From a virus (lineage: Duplodnaviria; Caudoviricetes), in IMG/VR virus record IMGVR_UViG_3300029305_003510, positions 128,001 through 192,000 of that record: a DNA stretch of 64,000 nucleotides. One strand, 5' to 3'. Below, one piece after another: positions 50,067-59,207 of this stretch. The stretch's first letter is position 1; each line of letters begins with the position of its first letter. The notes under the pieces were generated by a model. The model ran no database searches, had not been told where the DNA came from, and was given only the letters and a program-made list of their open reading frames with translations. The position numbers and the translations under genes were made by a program.

Positions 50067-50136
50067 AAAAGAAGACCGGGTGGGAACTTGATGTCCCACC
50101 CGGTCATATCTTCAACACACAGTTTATTTTTTTGTT

Positions 50137-50685
50137 TTACTTCTTATCCTTCTTGCTGTCAACAACAGCAGAAACCTTGGCAGATTTCTGAGTCTGAGCC
50201 CACAGCTTCTTGGCAAGACGCTCGGCCTTCTGACCAAACAACTTCTTCAGCTCAGCCATGTTCTCCTTCTTGATCTTCTGACCCAGCTTATACTTCTTAT
50301 AAGCTTTGTGGTTAGCCTTCCTGCCCATCTTCAGAGTGATGATAGTAGTCAGACGGTTGATCTGGGCGTTCTTGTTCAGATGAACGACATTCAGCTTAGG
50401 ATTGCTGATATGTACGGCAGCAGCCTCAGAGATGATACCCTGACCAATCAGATAATCCTGAGCAGTCAAATATGCGTCGATAACTGCCTCATCCAGATTA
50501 TCAGCAGACTCATCCATGAGCATCATCTGCAGCATAGTAGGCATGCAGGCATCTGCGCACTCGCGCATAAACTCTGCATCTTCCTCGTACATAGCAATAT
50601 CCTCATCAGTCACAGTGCTGCTCTGCAGTGCAGACTCACTGATGGAACCGTTCGCGAACTTGCGAAAATTTTCCATGAAGTTCAT
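50137..50685 (-). CDS. Probable internal head protein (acidic propeptide, basic C-terminus)
   Basis: Late promoter at 50798-50809; ISES, MDES, LDEA, ISEA sites; Lys-rich C-terminal part. Confidence 0.6.
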   Translation of the reverse strand: MNFMENFRKFANGSISESALQSSTVTDEDIAMYEEDAEFMRECADACMPTMLQMMLMDESADNLDEAVIDAYLTAQDYLIGQGIISEAAAVHISNPKLNVVHLNKNAQINRLTTIITLKMGRKANHKAYKKYKLGQKIKKENMAELKKLFGQKAERLAKKLWAQTQKSAKVSAVVDSKKDKK

Positions 50686-50907
50686 TTGTTAGGAGTCCTC
50701 CTTCTAAATTATTTTGGATGCAAAAATACGTATTTAAGCATTGTGTCATCTCTCGAGTATGGCACTGGAGTCCAATCAGCGCCACAATGACTCTGCTTAT
50801 AGGTATGTTTGGTAAATCTATCATGATTATAATGTTATCTATGCATATAACGCACTTACGTTTTGATATATGGTTTGATACATATATACAAGTGCTGAAA
50901 TATAGAG

Positions 50908-52956
50908 GTGATGATGAGAATTATGAGTAAGACAATGACTGGAAAATATCTACAAGAGAATTGGATACGCGAAATGACTGATATGCTCGAACGCCTAAAT
51001 CCTGATATGGATCGTAGTGCGATCGAGGATTTTGTTATTGAGCAGTATATGGAACACTACAGAGATCATGATGCTGTAGTATATAATAGCTACGAAAATA
51101 CCGTAGCGCATACTTCACTTGGGCAAGTGGTTGATTGGATCCAAACTGATAGACCATTGATTGCTGAGTCTGGAGTTTTCTTCTATCCGAAAGATAAAAA
51201 ACGGAATGTGAATATCGAGATCATCAAAGAGTGTATGCTCGATGCTCGTACGATTCATAAGAAGGAAAAGTTCAAAGCAATGGAAGCTGGCGATATCTTT
51301 ACAGCAGCTGTTAAGGATATCCAGCAGGCCAATGATAAGAAAGCTGCAAACTCTGGATATGGCGCTGAAGGTCAGTCATCCTCGTTTCTGTTTAATGTGC
51401 ATTCAGCCATGTCGGTTACAGCATGTGGACGTGGTCAGTTGTCTACCGCAATTCTTTGTTATGAAAATCTTCTTGGAGACTTTGTAAAGTTTTTTGACAT
51501 GGATGAATTCCATAACTTCATCCAACATATTGTGAATGAAAAAAAAGACTGGACTTTCGAGACGTTTGATGTAATTGATCGTATCCCAAGTAAGAAAGAC
51601 TGGATTAATCGTTTTGAAGCCAAGTTTCTTCATCCATCTCTTTTGGATCATAAGCAGATTGAACTGATCTATGATTCTCTATCCAATGAAGAGAGAGCGA
51701 GAACTTTTTATAAAGCAAATATTAGAGACTTTATCTCTAAGAATAGGATGTTAGTGGAATTATTTACTGATATTTCTGAGACGAAGGTTGAATTCATTGA
51801 CCCGAATGAAGTTCCGGAAGCGATTAAAAATGATGTGAAACTTATTTGTGCACTGGTTACGGAGTTTGTGAACTATAAGTACAGTTGGTTCCGTTATGAA
51901 GATCGCGCACGTTACCAGAGACGTGCCGTTGTGACAATCAGTGATACTGACTCTTGTTTCTTGTCATATGGGCCAATGTTGAAATTCCTGTATGACAAAG
52001 TCATTCCAATGAAACTTTGGAAGAGATCAGATAGCGATGCAAAGAAATCTCATAAGATCAAGATGTTAAATGTTTTGTCATGTTGTTCATCTGCAGCGAT
52101 TGAGAATACTCTGTTTAATTACCTTGGATATGCCAATGTTGCAGATGAAGATAAGCCATATATTAAGATGAAAAACGAGTTCTATTATGAACGAGTTATT
52201 GTCACATATGCAAAGAAATCTTATATCGGTTTGATGACAAGACAGGAAGCGGTTGTTCTTAAAAAACCGAAGATGGACGTTAAGGGTGTTAATTTCTTTA
52301 AGTCTACAGCAAGTGAGAAGACATCTGAGTTTATCTATGATAAGGTACTCATGGGGCAACTGTTAAGACCAGAAGATGGAAAAATTTCTCTGCGAAGAAC
52401 GTATAAGACAATCTCCGATTTCCAAGAACAAATTGCGCATGAGATTAAGCAGGGTGAAATGGGATTCCTAAAGCGTTCGATTAGAGTAAAATCTGTTGAT
52501 GCTTATAAAGATCCTATGCGTATCAGTGCATATAAAGCAGCATATGTTTGGAACTATGTGAATGATGATAAGGATCGTATTGAACTCCCCGCAACAACGA
52601 CTCTTGTCAAAGTGAAATTAAAGGATCAGAAAGATATTGCGGCATTAGCACCATGGCCGAAAATCTATGAGCGAATGATGAAACTCTTCGAGACGGATCC
52701 CAACTTTGGTGATCATGAAGTTGAGAAAGATGGTAAAGTTCGTAAAGTAAAGGGCGCTGGTGTTAATGCGATTGCTCTTCCGGATGATTATGACGAAGTA
52801 CCTGAATGGATCCTAGCAATCATCGATGTACAGACTTTGGTGAATGATAATATGAGACTATTCAGCCAGTTGTATCTTCCTCTTGGTTTGTCTTCTGGAA
52901 CTGCAAAAGGCACAGGTTCTCAGGCGAAATATTACACGAGCATTGTTCGTATTTAA
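50908..52956 (+). CDS. Family B DNA polymerase, C-terminal subunit (motifs B, C, thumb)
   Basis: KKAANSGYG, SVTACGR, SDTDS, KKSY, DVKG; start may be 50923. Confidence 0.92.
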   Translation: MMMRIMSKTMTGKYLQENWIREMTDMLERLNPDMDRSAIEDFVIEQYMEHYRDHDAVVYNSYENTVAHTSLGQVVDWIQTDRPLIAESGVFFYPKDKKRNVNIEIIKECMLDARTIHKKEKFKAMEAGDIFTAAVKDIQQANDKKAANSGYGAEGQSSSFLFNVHSAMSVTACGRGQLSTAILCYENLLGDFVKFFDMDEFHNFIQHIVNEKKDWTFETFDVIDRIPSKKDWINRFEAKFLHPSLLDHKQIELIYDSLSNEERARTFYKANIRDFISKNRMLVELFTDISETKVEFIDPNEVPEAIKNDVKLICALVTEFVNYKYSWFRYEDRARYQRRAVVTISDTDSCFLSYGPMLKFLYDKVIPMKLWKRSDSDAKKSHKIKMLNVLSCCSSAAIENTLFNYLGYANVADEDKPYIKMKNEFYYERVIVTYAKKSYIGLMTRQEAVVLKKPKMDVKGVNFFKSTASEKTSEFIYDKVLMGQLLRPEDGKISLRRTYKTISDFQEQIAHEIKQGEMGFLKRSIRVKSVDAYKDPMRISAYKAAYVWNYVNDDKDRIELPATTTLVKVKLKDQKDIAALAPWPKIYERMMKLFETDPNFGDHEVEKDGKVRKVKGAGVNAIALPDDYDEVPEWILAIIDVQTLVNDNMRLFSQLYLPLGLSSGTAKGTGSQAKYYTSIVRI

Positions 52957-53035
52957 ATCCACGATCTCAGTGGGTGTCTATTATATTTGGTGCCCACTGA
53001 GTTTATTTTTATATCTCTTAATATGAGGAGGAGAG

Positions 53036-54067
53036 TTGATAATGATAGAAAGCCCGTTTAAGTTCCATACCCGACTGAGTCCCGATGAGGCTCAGAAGCA
53101 TACCAAGGTTCTGGTAGATACGATCAAGGCACCTATTCTCCAGGCCGGTGTTGGTACAGAAATCAACCTCAGTACCGTATTCCCACTCACTACTGTCAAT
53201 AATCCATATCCAATCATTGTAATCCTGAATGGAGTTGGTGGTAGCGGTAAAGGAACATTTGCATCTATGGTTGCTAAGTATGCTGAAGATCCTATTCTTG
53301 AGATCTCTGTTGTTGATCCTCTGCGAGAGATTGCGGACAAATTAATCCATACACATGTGGACAACTACATAGACCTCTATAAGGATAGACCTAAGACTTC
53401 TGACGAACATGCTGCTGAGAAGTCTGATCAATGGCGGTCTCTGATGCATGATCTAAAGATGTCCTGGCAGAATCTTGATGATGGTCCTAATCTTTACTGT
53501 CTTGGTCAGATTATCCGTATGGTGACGGTTGATAACAAGGATGAGATCCCTGGTATCATCTTTGTAAATATTCGAGAAGAGGAAAATATCAATCGTTTTA
53601 AGGATTATTGTCACAGTATGGGATTGATTTGTTTCAGTCTTCTTATTGATGGCAAAATCGATTCTTCTCAGTTCACAAATGAGGGAGATGCTCTAGTCAA
53701 TACATTCGAGTATGATGTAACAATTCCCAATAAGGGTAACTTGGATGATCTTTCTATTACAGCATTTATCTTCTACAAGTTTATCAACCGTGCAAATCAT
53801 ATGTATGGTGTTGGAATCGAAGAAGATGATAAAGCAACGCTCGGGTCTAATACTGAAGTAACGGATCCCCCCGATGATGAAACTACTACACCGCCGAATA
53901 CTGTCGGCCAGGCTGCGAAGGAGGACAGTAGCGGTGATACCGCAACCTCCTTTCTTCACAAGGGCAATGATACTGACCTCGCTGGGTCTAACGAATGTGA
54001 GCTTCAAAGTGAAGATCATAATCGGAATGATACAACTAGCGGGAGCAGTAGTACGAATGGTGATTAA
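53036..54067 (+). CDS. P-loop nucleotide (dNMP-like) kinase
   Basis: LNGVGGSGKGTFA Walker A, DPLREIA, VNIRE; acidic disordered tail. Confidence 0.65.
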   Translation: MIMIESPFKFHTRLSPDEAQKHTKVLVDTIKAPILQAGVGTEINLSTVFPLTTVNNPYPIIVILNGVGGSGKGTFASMVAKYAEDPILEISVVDPLREIADKLIHTHVDNYIDLYKDRPKTSDEHAAEKSDQWRSLMHDLKMSWQNLDDGPNLYCLGQIIRMVTVDNKDEIPGIIFVNIREEENINRFKDYCHSMGLICFSLLIDGKIDSSQFTNEGDALVNTFEYDVTIPNKGNLDDLSITAFIFYKFINRANHMYGVGIEEDDKATLGSNTEVTDPPDDETTTPPNTVGQAAKEDSSGDTATSFLHKGNDTDLAGSNECELQSEDHNRNDTTSGSSSTNGD

Positions 54068-54140
54068 ACGTATCCTGGCTTCTAAATCGATTCCGCAAAA
54101 AACATTACAATAACTCAAAACCGAAAGGTGGACATGAATT

Positions 54141-55121
54141 ATGGCCTACAATAATAACTATCAGAATAACCAGGGAGGATACCCCCAGAGAAGGTCTACT
54201 GGAGCACCTCGTAACAGTGCTCCTCGTACTCAGCAGCGTGAACCTCAGGAGCAGAGCACTGGTCCCACTCTCTACAATGAGCGTGCTGGCAAGTTTCTAA
54301 ATTTCAATTACTGGGGACGTTACGCCAGTATCGAGATTGGTATCGTCCAGCCTGGTAGCGCTATGAACTGGGATGCTCGTAAGAATGCTCAGAAGGTTAC
54401 TCAGGTTGTAGCCTTTGAGAATCTGAGCGAGATTTGGGATATCTGTGAGGAGGTTCTGGATTCTTTGAAGAATACCGGCACCTTTACTTCTGCTGGTATT
54501 CGTGTCGGCATGAAGCAGGATGCTATGGTCGAGATCAATAACGGCTCTACGATCAATATGGCTCCTGGTATCTATCTGGTTATTTACAAGAATCTGGATA
54601 GTGGTAATCGTACCAATAATCTGGAGATCTATCCTTTTGAGGATGTTCGTATTGTTCGCGGATATGATCATAGCTCTGGTATGGCCAAGGATGATATCAG
54701 CAAAGTTGGTCAGTTCAAGAAGTTCTATCGATTGATCAGAGAAGCCGCCAAGGCCTTTACCATGGCTCAGGTACATGCTCTGCAGGTCGTTACTAAGTCC
54801 GATCGTCTGGGCACTTTCAAAGCACTGACTTCCATTTCTCAGGCTCTCGGTGTAGATATCTCTTCTGAACTGAATAAGCTCAGCGGCAATCCCAATAAGG
54901 GTAATAATAATGGTGGCGGTTATAACCGTCAGGGTGGTGGAGGATACAATGCTCCTCGCGGTAACTGGCAGAGCAGTGGTTCTCCCCGTAGCGCTACTTT
55001 TGAATCTGGTGCAGATTCCTACAAGGCTCAGCAGCAGATTATGTCCACTCTGGATGATCCCGTGGATATTAACCTCTCTATGGAGAGCCTCACGAACGTT
55101 GACATGAGTCAGTTCAAGTAA
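54141..55121 (+). CDS. Probable single-stranded DNA-binding protein
   Basis: N/Q/G-rich disordered ends, acidic C-terminus ending in aromatic residue, high-expression codons, replication context (weak call). Confidence 0.45.
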   Translation: MAYNNNYQNNQGGYPQRRSTGAPRNSAPRTQQREPQEQSTGPTLYNERAGKFLNFNYWGRYASIEIGIVQPGSAMNWDARKNAQKVTQVVAFENLSEIWDICEEVLDSLKNTGTFTSAGIRVGMKQDAMVEINNGSTINMAPGIYLVIYKNLDSGNRTNNLEIYPFEDVRIVRGYDHSSGMAKDDISKVGQFKKFYRLIREAAKAFTMAQVHALQVVTKSDRLGTFKALTSISQALGVDISSELNKLSGNPNKGNNNGGGYNRQGGGGYNAPRGNWQSSGSPRSATFESGADSYKAQQQIMSTLDDPVDINLSMESLTNVDMSQFK

Positions 55122-55137
55122 TCAAGAGGCGCTACAT

Positions 55138-55962
55138 ATGAGAGTAACGGAAGATAAGGGATTTCTTACTGAGATGTTTCCCAATGTAATGAAACGTACA
55201 CGTCTTTTGATCATCGATCATGATGTGACGCGTTATCACAGTTATGATCTTCTGAGATACCAACTCTTCCGTGATACGCAGACTGGAGATAAAGAACATT
55301 TCATGAGCATTAAACCGGGTTATCAATATTTACTCAGATCTGGAACTGAACTCGCTGATCGAGTCAGATTTGCTCAAAATGGAATTGAAGAGTTTAATAT
55401 CTATGAATGCTTTAATAAAGATTTGGGTATAAATACTCCGGAGAAGTATACAGTAAAGCTTCATGAAATGTTCCAAGATCCAGCTTCTCGTGTTACTGAA
55501 ACTGATGTTGGTAGTTCAAGATTCGATATGATCTTTGATCGCCCAGCGATCGATGGATTTCTGTTACGATATAAAGGAGATCCACATCTTCCTTCCTGTT
55601 ACGAGAGATTGACAGTATACGAGGCCGAGAATCTTCTCGACCTCAATACTGCCTCAGCAATTATTCATCAAGATCAAATCAATGCTGTTATGATCTGTAG
55701 CACAGAACTTGCTGTTAGGTTAGCAACAAGGCTCTATCAGGAAGGATATAAAAATTCAATTACAATGATTATTGCTCGATATGCATACAATTTTGTCTAC
55801 AGTGATGAGGGGTTAATGGTATATCCGAAGTTCGGGGAGGAACTCGGTGTACTGGAAACTTCTTTGAAACATGAATTTGGATTCTTTGATCCTTTCAGTG
55901 GTCTTACATATCGAGCACGATTTATCGAAGAAAATGAGGTGCAACCATATGAGCAAGAATGA
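55138..55962 (+). CDS. Hypothetical protein
   Basis: 274-aa ORF overlapping the chaperonin start. Confidence 0.75.
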   Translation: MRVTEDKGFLTEMFPNVMKRTRLLIIDHDVTRYHSYDLLRYQLFRDTQTGDKEHFMSIKPGYQYLLRSGTELADRVRFAQNGIEEFNIYECFNKDLGINTPEKYTVKLHEMFQDPASRVTETDVGSSRFDMIFDRPAIDGFLLRYKGDPHLPSCYERLTVYEAENLLDLNTASAIIHQDQINAVMICSTELAVRLATRLYQEGYKNSITMIIARYAYNFVYSDEGLMVYPKFGEELGVLETSLKHEFGFFDPFSGLTYRARFIEENEVQPYEQE

Positions 55963-57826
55963 TCGACCCAAGGTACAAATTCAGAGTAATTCTCTTCGTG
56001 GAGAATATATGCATGAAATCGCAGATCGAGTAGTCAATGAAATTTATGCAGATGTTTCTCCTATGTTCGGTCCTGGTGCAAGTGATGCGGTGATTACAAA
56101 AGACGGTCAGCCGTATTATACCCGTGATGGTAAAGAGGTTATGGAGTCTCTTACATTCGATAACGAGCTGGCAAATTATGTTCATCATTTCCTCTATCAG
56201 GCGGCATATCATCAGGGTAAAGATGTCGGTGATGGTAGTACCACTCTGATCATGCTGTACTGCAATCTGTATAAGAGAATTCGTGAACGAATTCTGGATC
56301 CCAATATCAGTAAGCATGGCAATGCTCTTCAGAATCTAAACATCAACGGAGTTCGTAGTACATGGAAGAAGATCACCAATGCGATTGTAGATAAACTAAA
56401 AGAAAATGCCGTTCCTCTCACTGATGATCTTCTGAAGTCCAATCTCTATACCTGTACACAGGATGCAGAGTTAACAGCTAAAATCTATGAAAGTCTGCAT
56501 GATGCTATCATGGCCGGTGCATACATCGTTCCCAGAAAGAGTAATATCGCTACCGATTTTAATGTGACTACATACCACCGTCCTCTGCTGAAAGTAGTAC
56601 GTCAGTTCTCTCTAAAAGCTATGCAGGATGAACCTGAGAACTGTGTGATATTTTACTGCAATGGAATGATGAATCTAGCTCATCCTGAGGTTCTGGTCGC
56701 AATGTCTGGTATTTCTACTGTTGGTGCTAATGGGCAGAAAGTTCATCCAAACATTGTATTCCTCTGCCATGGCGTGACAGAACTTACTCGTGATACGATT
56801 CGTCGATATTCAAAGATGGTTAAAGATAATGGTTGGAGTATCGATCAGTTGAATAATATTGCTATCTATACTATGACTGATTATCGAATTATGTCTTCCG
56901 AAGAATTGGAAGATATCGGTACGATTATTACCGATGAGCCCGGTCTTGGCGGTTTGGTACAGCCTATTACTTTTGAGGCGCTTCTCTACAAGACTTTTGT
57001 CGACACAAATGCTCTTGGCATTGAGCCCATTGAAGAGCTGGAGATGTTTGATGCTGATCTGCATCTCTGTGATAAGATGAAGAATATCTTTTTCAAGCCT
57101 TATCGTCTAATCTTCGATGATGTTGAAGGTATGGCTATCGATAAACCTTTTGGTCCTGTAGCACAGAAGAGATATGATGATCTCCGTAAAGCCATCGAGG
57201 AAGAGAAATCTCCTGTAAAGAAAGTGGAGCTGAACAAGCGTCTACGTCGAACCTATGGTATGTTTATTGATGTAGAAGTTGGTTCTACTCTTCTGAAGGA
57301 TAGTCAGCGTAAGTTTGAACTGATTCTTGATGCGTTAATATCTTCTACAGAAGCCGCTCGTAGTGGCGTGCTGTTGGGTAATGGTATGCTGCATGCTTTA
57401 AGTGCTATCGGCAATTCAGATCAGTCTATTGCGCCAAAGTTCCGAGATGCATATGATATTCTTTGGACTGCCATTGGTGATACGTTGGTAGAGCTTATGG
57501 AGAATTATGGCCGTTCTATCGGTATGGATCGTAGTGAGTTTATGTCTTGTACAGTAAATGCTGAGTATGATCCTGCTGACTTTAACCTTCGTGGTATTGA
57601 AGTATGGCCGAAGAAGGATTCTACCGAAGCTATGGCCACTCGTAATCAGTTTATTACGATTACTGATTCTACTGGTAGTGATATGGAGATCAATATCCAG
57701 GTTATTGAGCCTATGAGTGTGATGAAGTCTATCATTGAACACTCTGTCCTTGCAGTTGAGCTTGCTCGTACAGAAGTTTTCCATATCTCCGGTCAGCGTG
57801 GATACATGGGTAACTATATTGATTAA
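55949..57826 (+). CDS. Phage GroEL-like chaperonin
   Basis: FGPGA, TRDG, VGDGSTT, DAL......SGVLLGNG, VIEP..V. Confidence 0.88.
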   Translation: MSKNDRPKVQIQSNSLRGEYMHEIADRVVNEIYADVSPMFGPGASDAVITKDGQPYYTRDGKEVMESLTFDNELANYVHHFLYQAAYHQGKDVGDGSTTLIMLYCNLYKRIRERILDPNISKHGNALQNLNINGVRSTWKKITNAIVDKLKENAVPLTDDLLKSNLYTCTQDAELTAKIYESLHDAIMAGAYIVPRKSNIATDFNVTTYHRPLLKVVRQFSLKAMQDEPENCVIFYCNGMMNLAHPEVLVAMSGISTVGANGQKVHPNIVFLCHGVTELTRDTIRRYSKMVKDNGWSIDQLNNIAIYTMTDYRIMSSEELEDIGTIITDEPGLGGLVQPITFEALLYKTFVDTNALGIEPIEELEMFDADLHLCDKMKNIFFKPYRLIFDDVEGMAIDKPFGPVAQKRYDDLRKAIEEEKSPVKKVELNKRLRRTYGMFIDVEVGSTLLKDSQRKFELILDALISSTEAARSGVLLGNGMLHALSAIGNSDQSIAPKFRDAYDILWTAIGDTLVELMENYGRSIGMDRSEFMSCTVNAEYDPADFNLRGIEVWPKKDSTEAMATRNQFITITDSTGSDMEINIQVIEPMSVMKSIIEHSVLAVELARTEVFHISGQRGYMGNYID

Positions 57827-57911
57827 AATAAGAGAGCAGTGGGATTATCCCACTGCTTTTCTTTTTCGATTAGCATGCAAACACTTCAATAATGGAGGAG
57901 GTGTCAGAAGG

Positions 57912-58286
57912 ATGATATGGATAAAACGATTTTTCCATAATATTTATTTGAATTATAATCGATATGAATTCAGACGCTGGATGAAGTTTATTTTTACATG
58001 GATTACCATCATTGTACTTTGCATTGCTATCATAGGTTGTATTATCATTATTATTCATCGTGATGCTAATATTGATAAAGAATCTATTGGATTCTATGGC
58101 GAAGTTATATACAATGAAAACAATATCGAATATCGAAGAGATTTGGTAACAGATCAGGTCTTTATTGTTCGACATTCAATGTATAGTACCACAATAAAGG
58201 ATATTATCGATCCAGATACAGGTCTACCAATGCTCTATGATAAATTTATGGAAATAGTAAAAAGTCGGGGAGGCTTTATTGAATGA
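57912..58286 (+). CDS. Membrane protein
   Basis: GGAGGAGG RBS; one TM helix; late promoter at 57880. Confidence 0.65.
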   Translation: MIWIKRFFHNIYLNYNRYEFRRWMKFIFTWITIIVLCIAIIGCIIIIIHRDANIDKESIGFYGEVIYNENNIEYRRDLVTDQVFIVRHSMYSTTIKDIIDPDTGLPMLYDKFMEIVKSRGGFIE

Positions 58287-59155
58287 AACTGAAAGCTTTC
58301 ATGGCTGATACTTTTAGTGTCAGCAAAGGTGCTGTTCGAATTAGTACAAAGGGAATCATCGAAGATTATCGTGAACGCTATGATACTATGGTTAAAGACC
58401 AGAAGAAGATTCCTCATGCTGATACATACACTGTAACTCCTGGAAATCGAGTTATGGTTCACGTAAAAATCCCCTCAGAAACAGTAGAGGGATTCTTCTA
58501 TGATGTTCTTCTTGAGCTGTCTGCAGAGAAAACTGCAGTAAGTTTCGAAGAGTGTGATATCAAGATCTTTTCTAATTCTCCGTCTTTTGTTTATTCTGTT
58601 GCATATATTTTCGCTCACTGGGATCCAGATGCACAAAAGCCGACAGAAAAAGGAAAGGGAATGATGATTGATACTCTGAAAGGTAAGCTCCCTCGTGACA
58701 GAATGCTTATCCCAGGAGTAGAAAAGAAACTCGGCAGAAAGCCGATTCATGATCCCCCAGAAATTCGCAACCCTATGGGTCTCCCTCTTTTCGATAAGTC
58801 TATCTACTTTGCTATTTTTTATCTGATGGATAATATGGCTTTTCACCAGGTCATGCATAACCATCGGTTCCGCACGGCTCAGCAGGTTTTCAATAGTGTT
58901 GCTGAATTTGATAAACTGATGATGGAACGAAAACGCATGGAAAATCGTCAGAAAGAAAGAAAGACGAAAAAACAAGCAGATATTGAAAAAGACATGAGAG
59001 CAAAGGAACGTGGGGTTGATAAGATCAATCGTTCTGGTCTTATGCAACCAGAGCGTTCATCTGCTATGAGAACGACTATGTCCACACCGAAGTCTACTCG
59101 TAGTACCAATTCAATGAAATCTACTCGAAGAGTGACAAACAAATCTGGAGAATAA
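58283..59155 (+). CDS. Hypothetical protein
   Basis: 290-aa ORF with basic C-terminal tail. Confidence 0.75.
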   Translation: MKLKAFMADTFSVSKGAVRISTKGIIEDYRERYDTMVKDQKKIPHADTYTVTPGNRVMVHVKIPSETVEGFFYDVLLELSAEKTAVSFEECDIKIFSNSPSFVYSVAYIFAHWDPDAQKPTEKGKGMMIDTLKGKLPRDRMLIPGVEKKLGRKPIHDPPEIRNPMGLPLFDKSIYFAIFYLMDNMAFHQVMHNHRFRTAQQVFNSVAEFDKLMMERKRMENRQKERKTKKQADIEKDMRAKERGVDKINRSGLMQPERSSAMRTTMSTPKSTRSTNSMKSTRRVTNKSGE

Positions 59156-59207
59156 TTTTCATGTCTATATATTATAGGTATAGCATCAGAGAACGGAGGT
59201 TGTGCTG

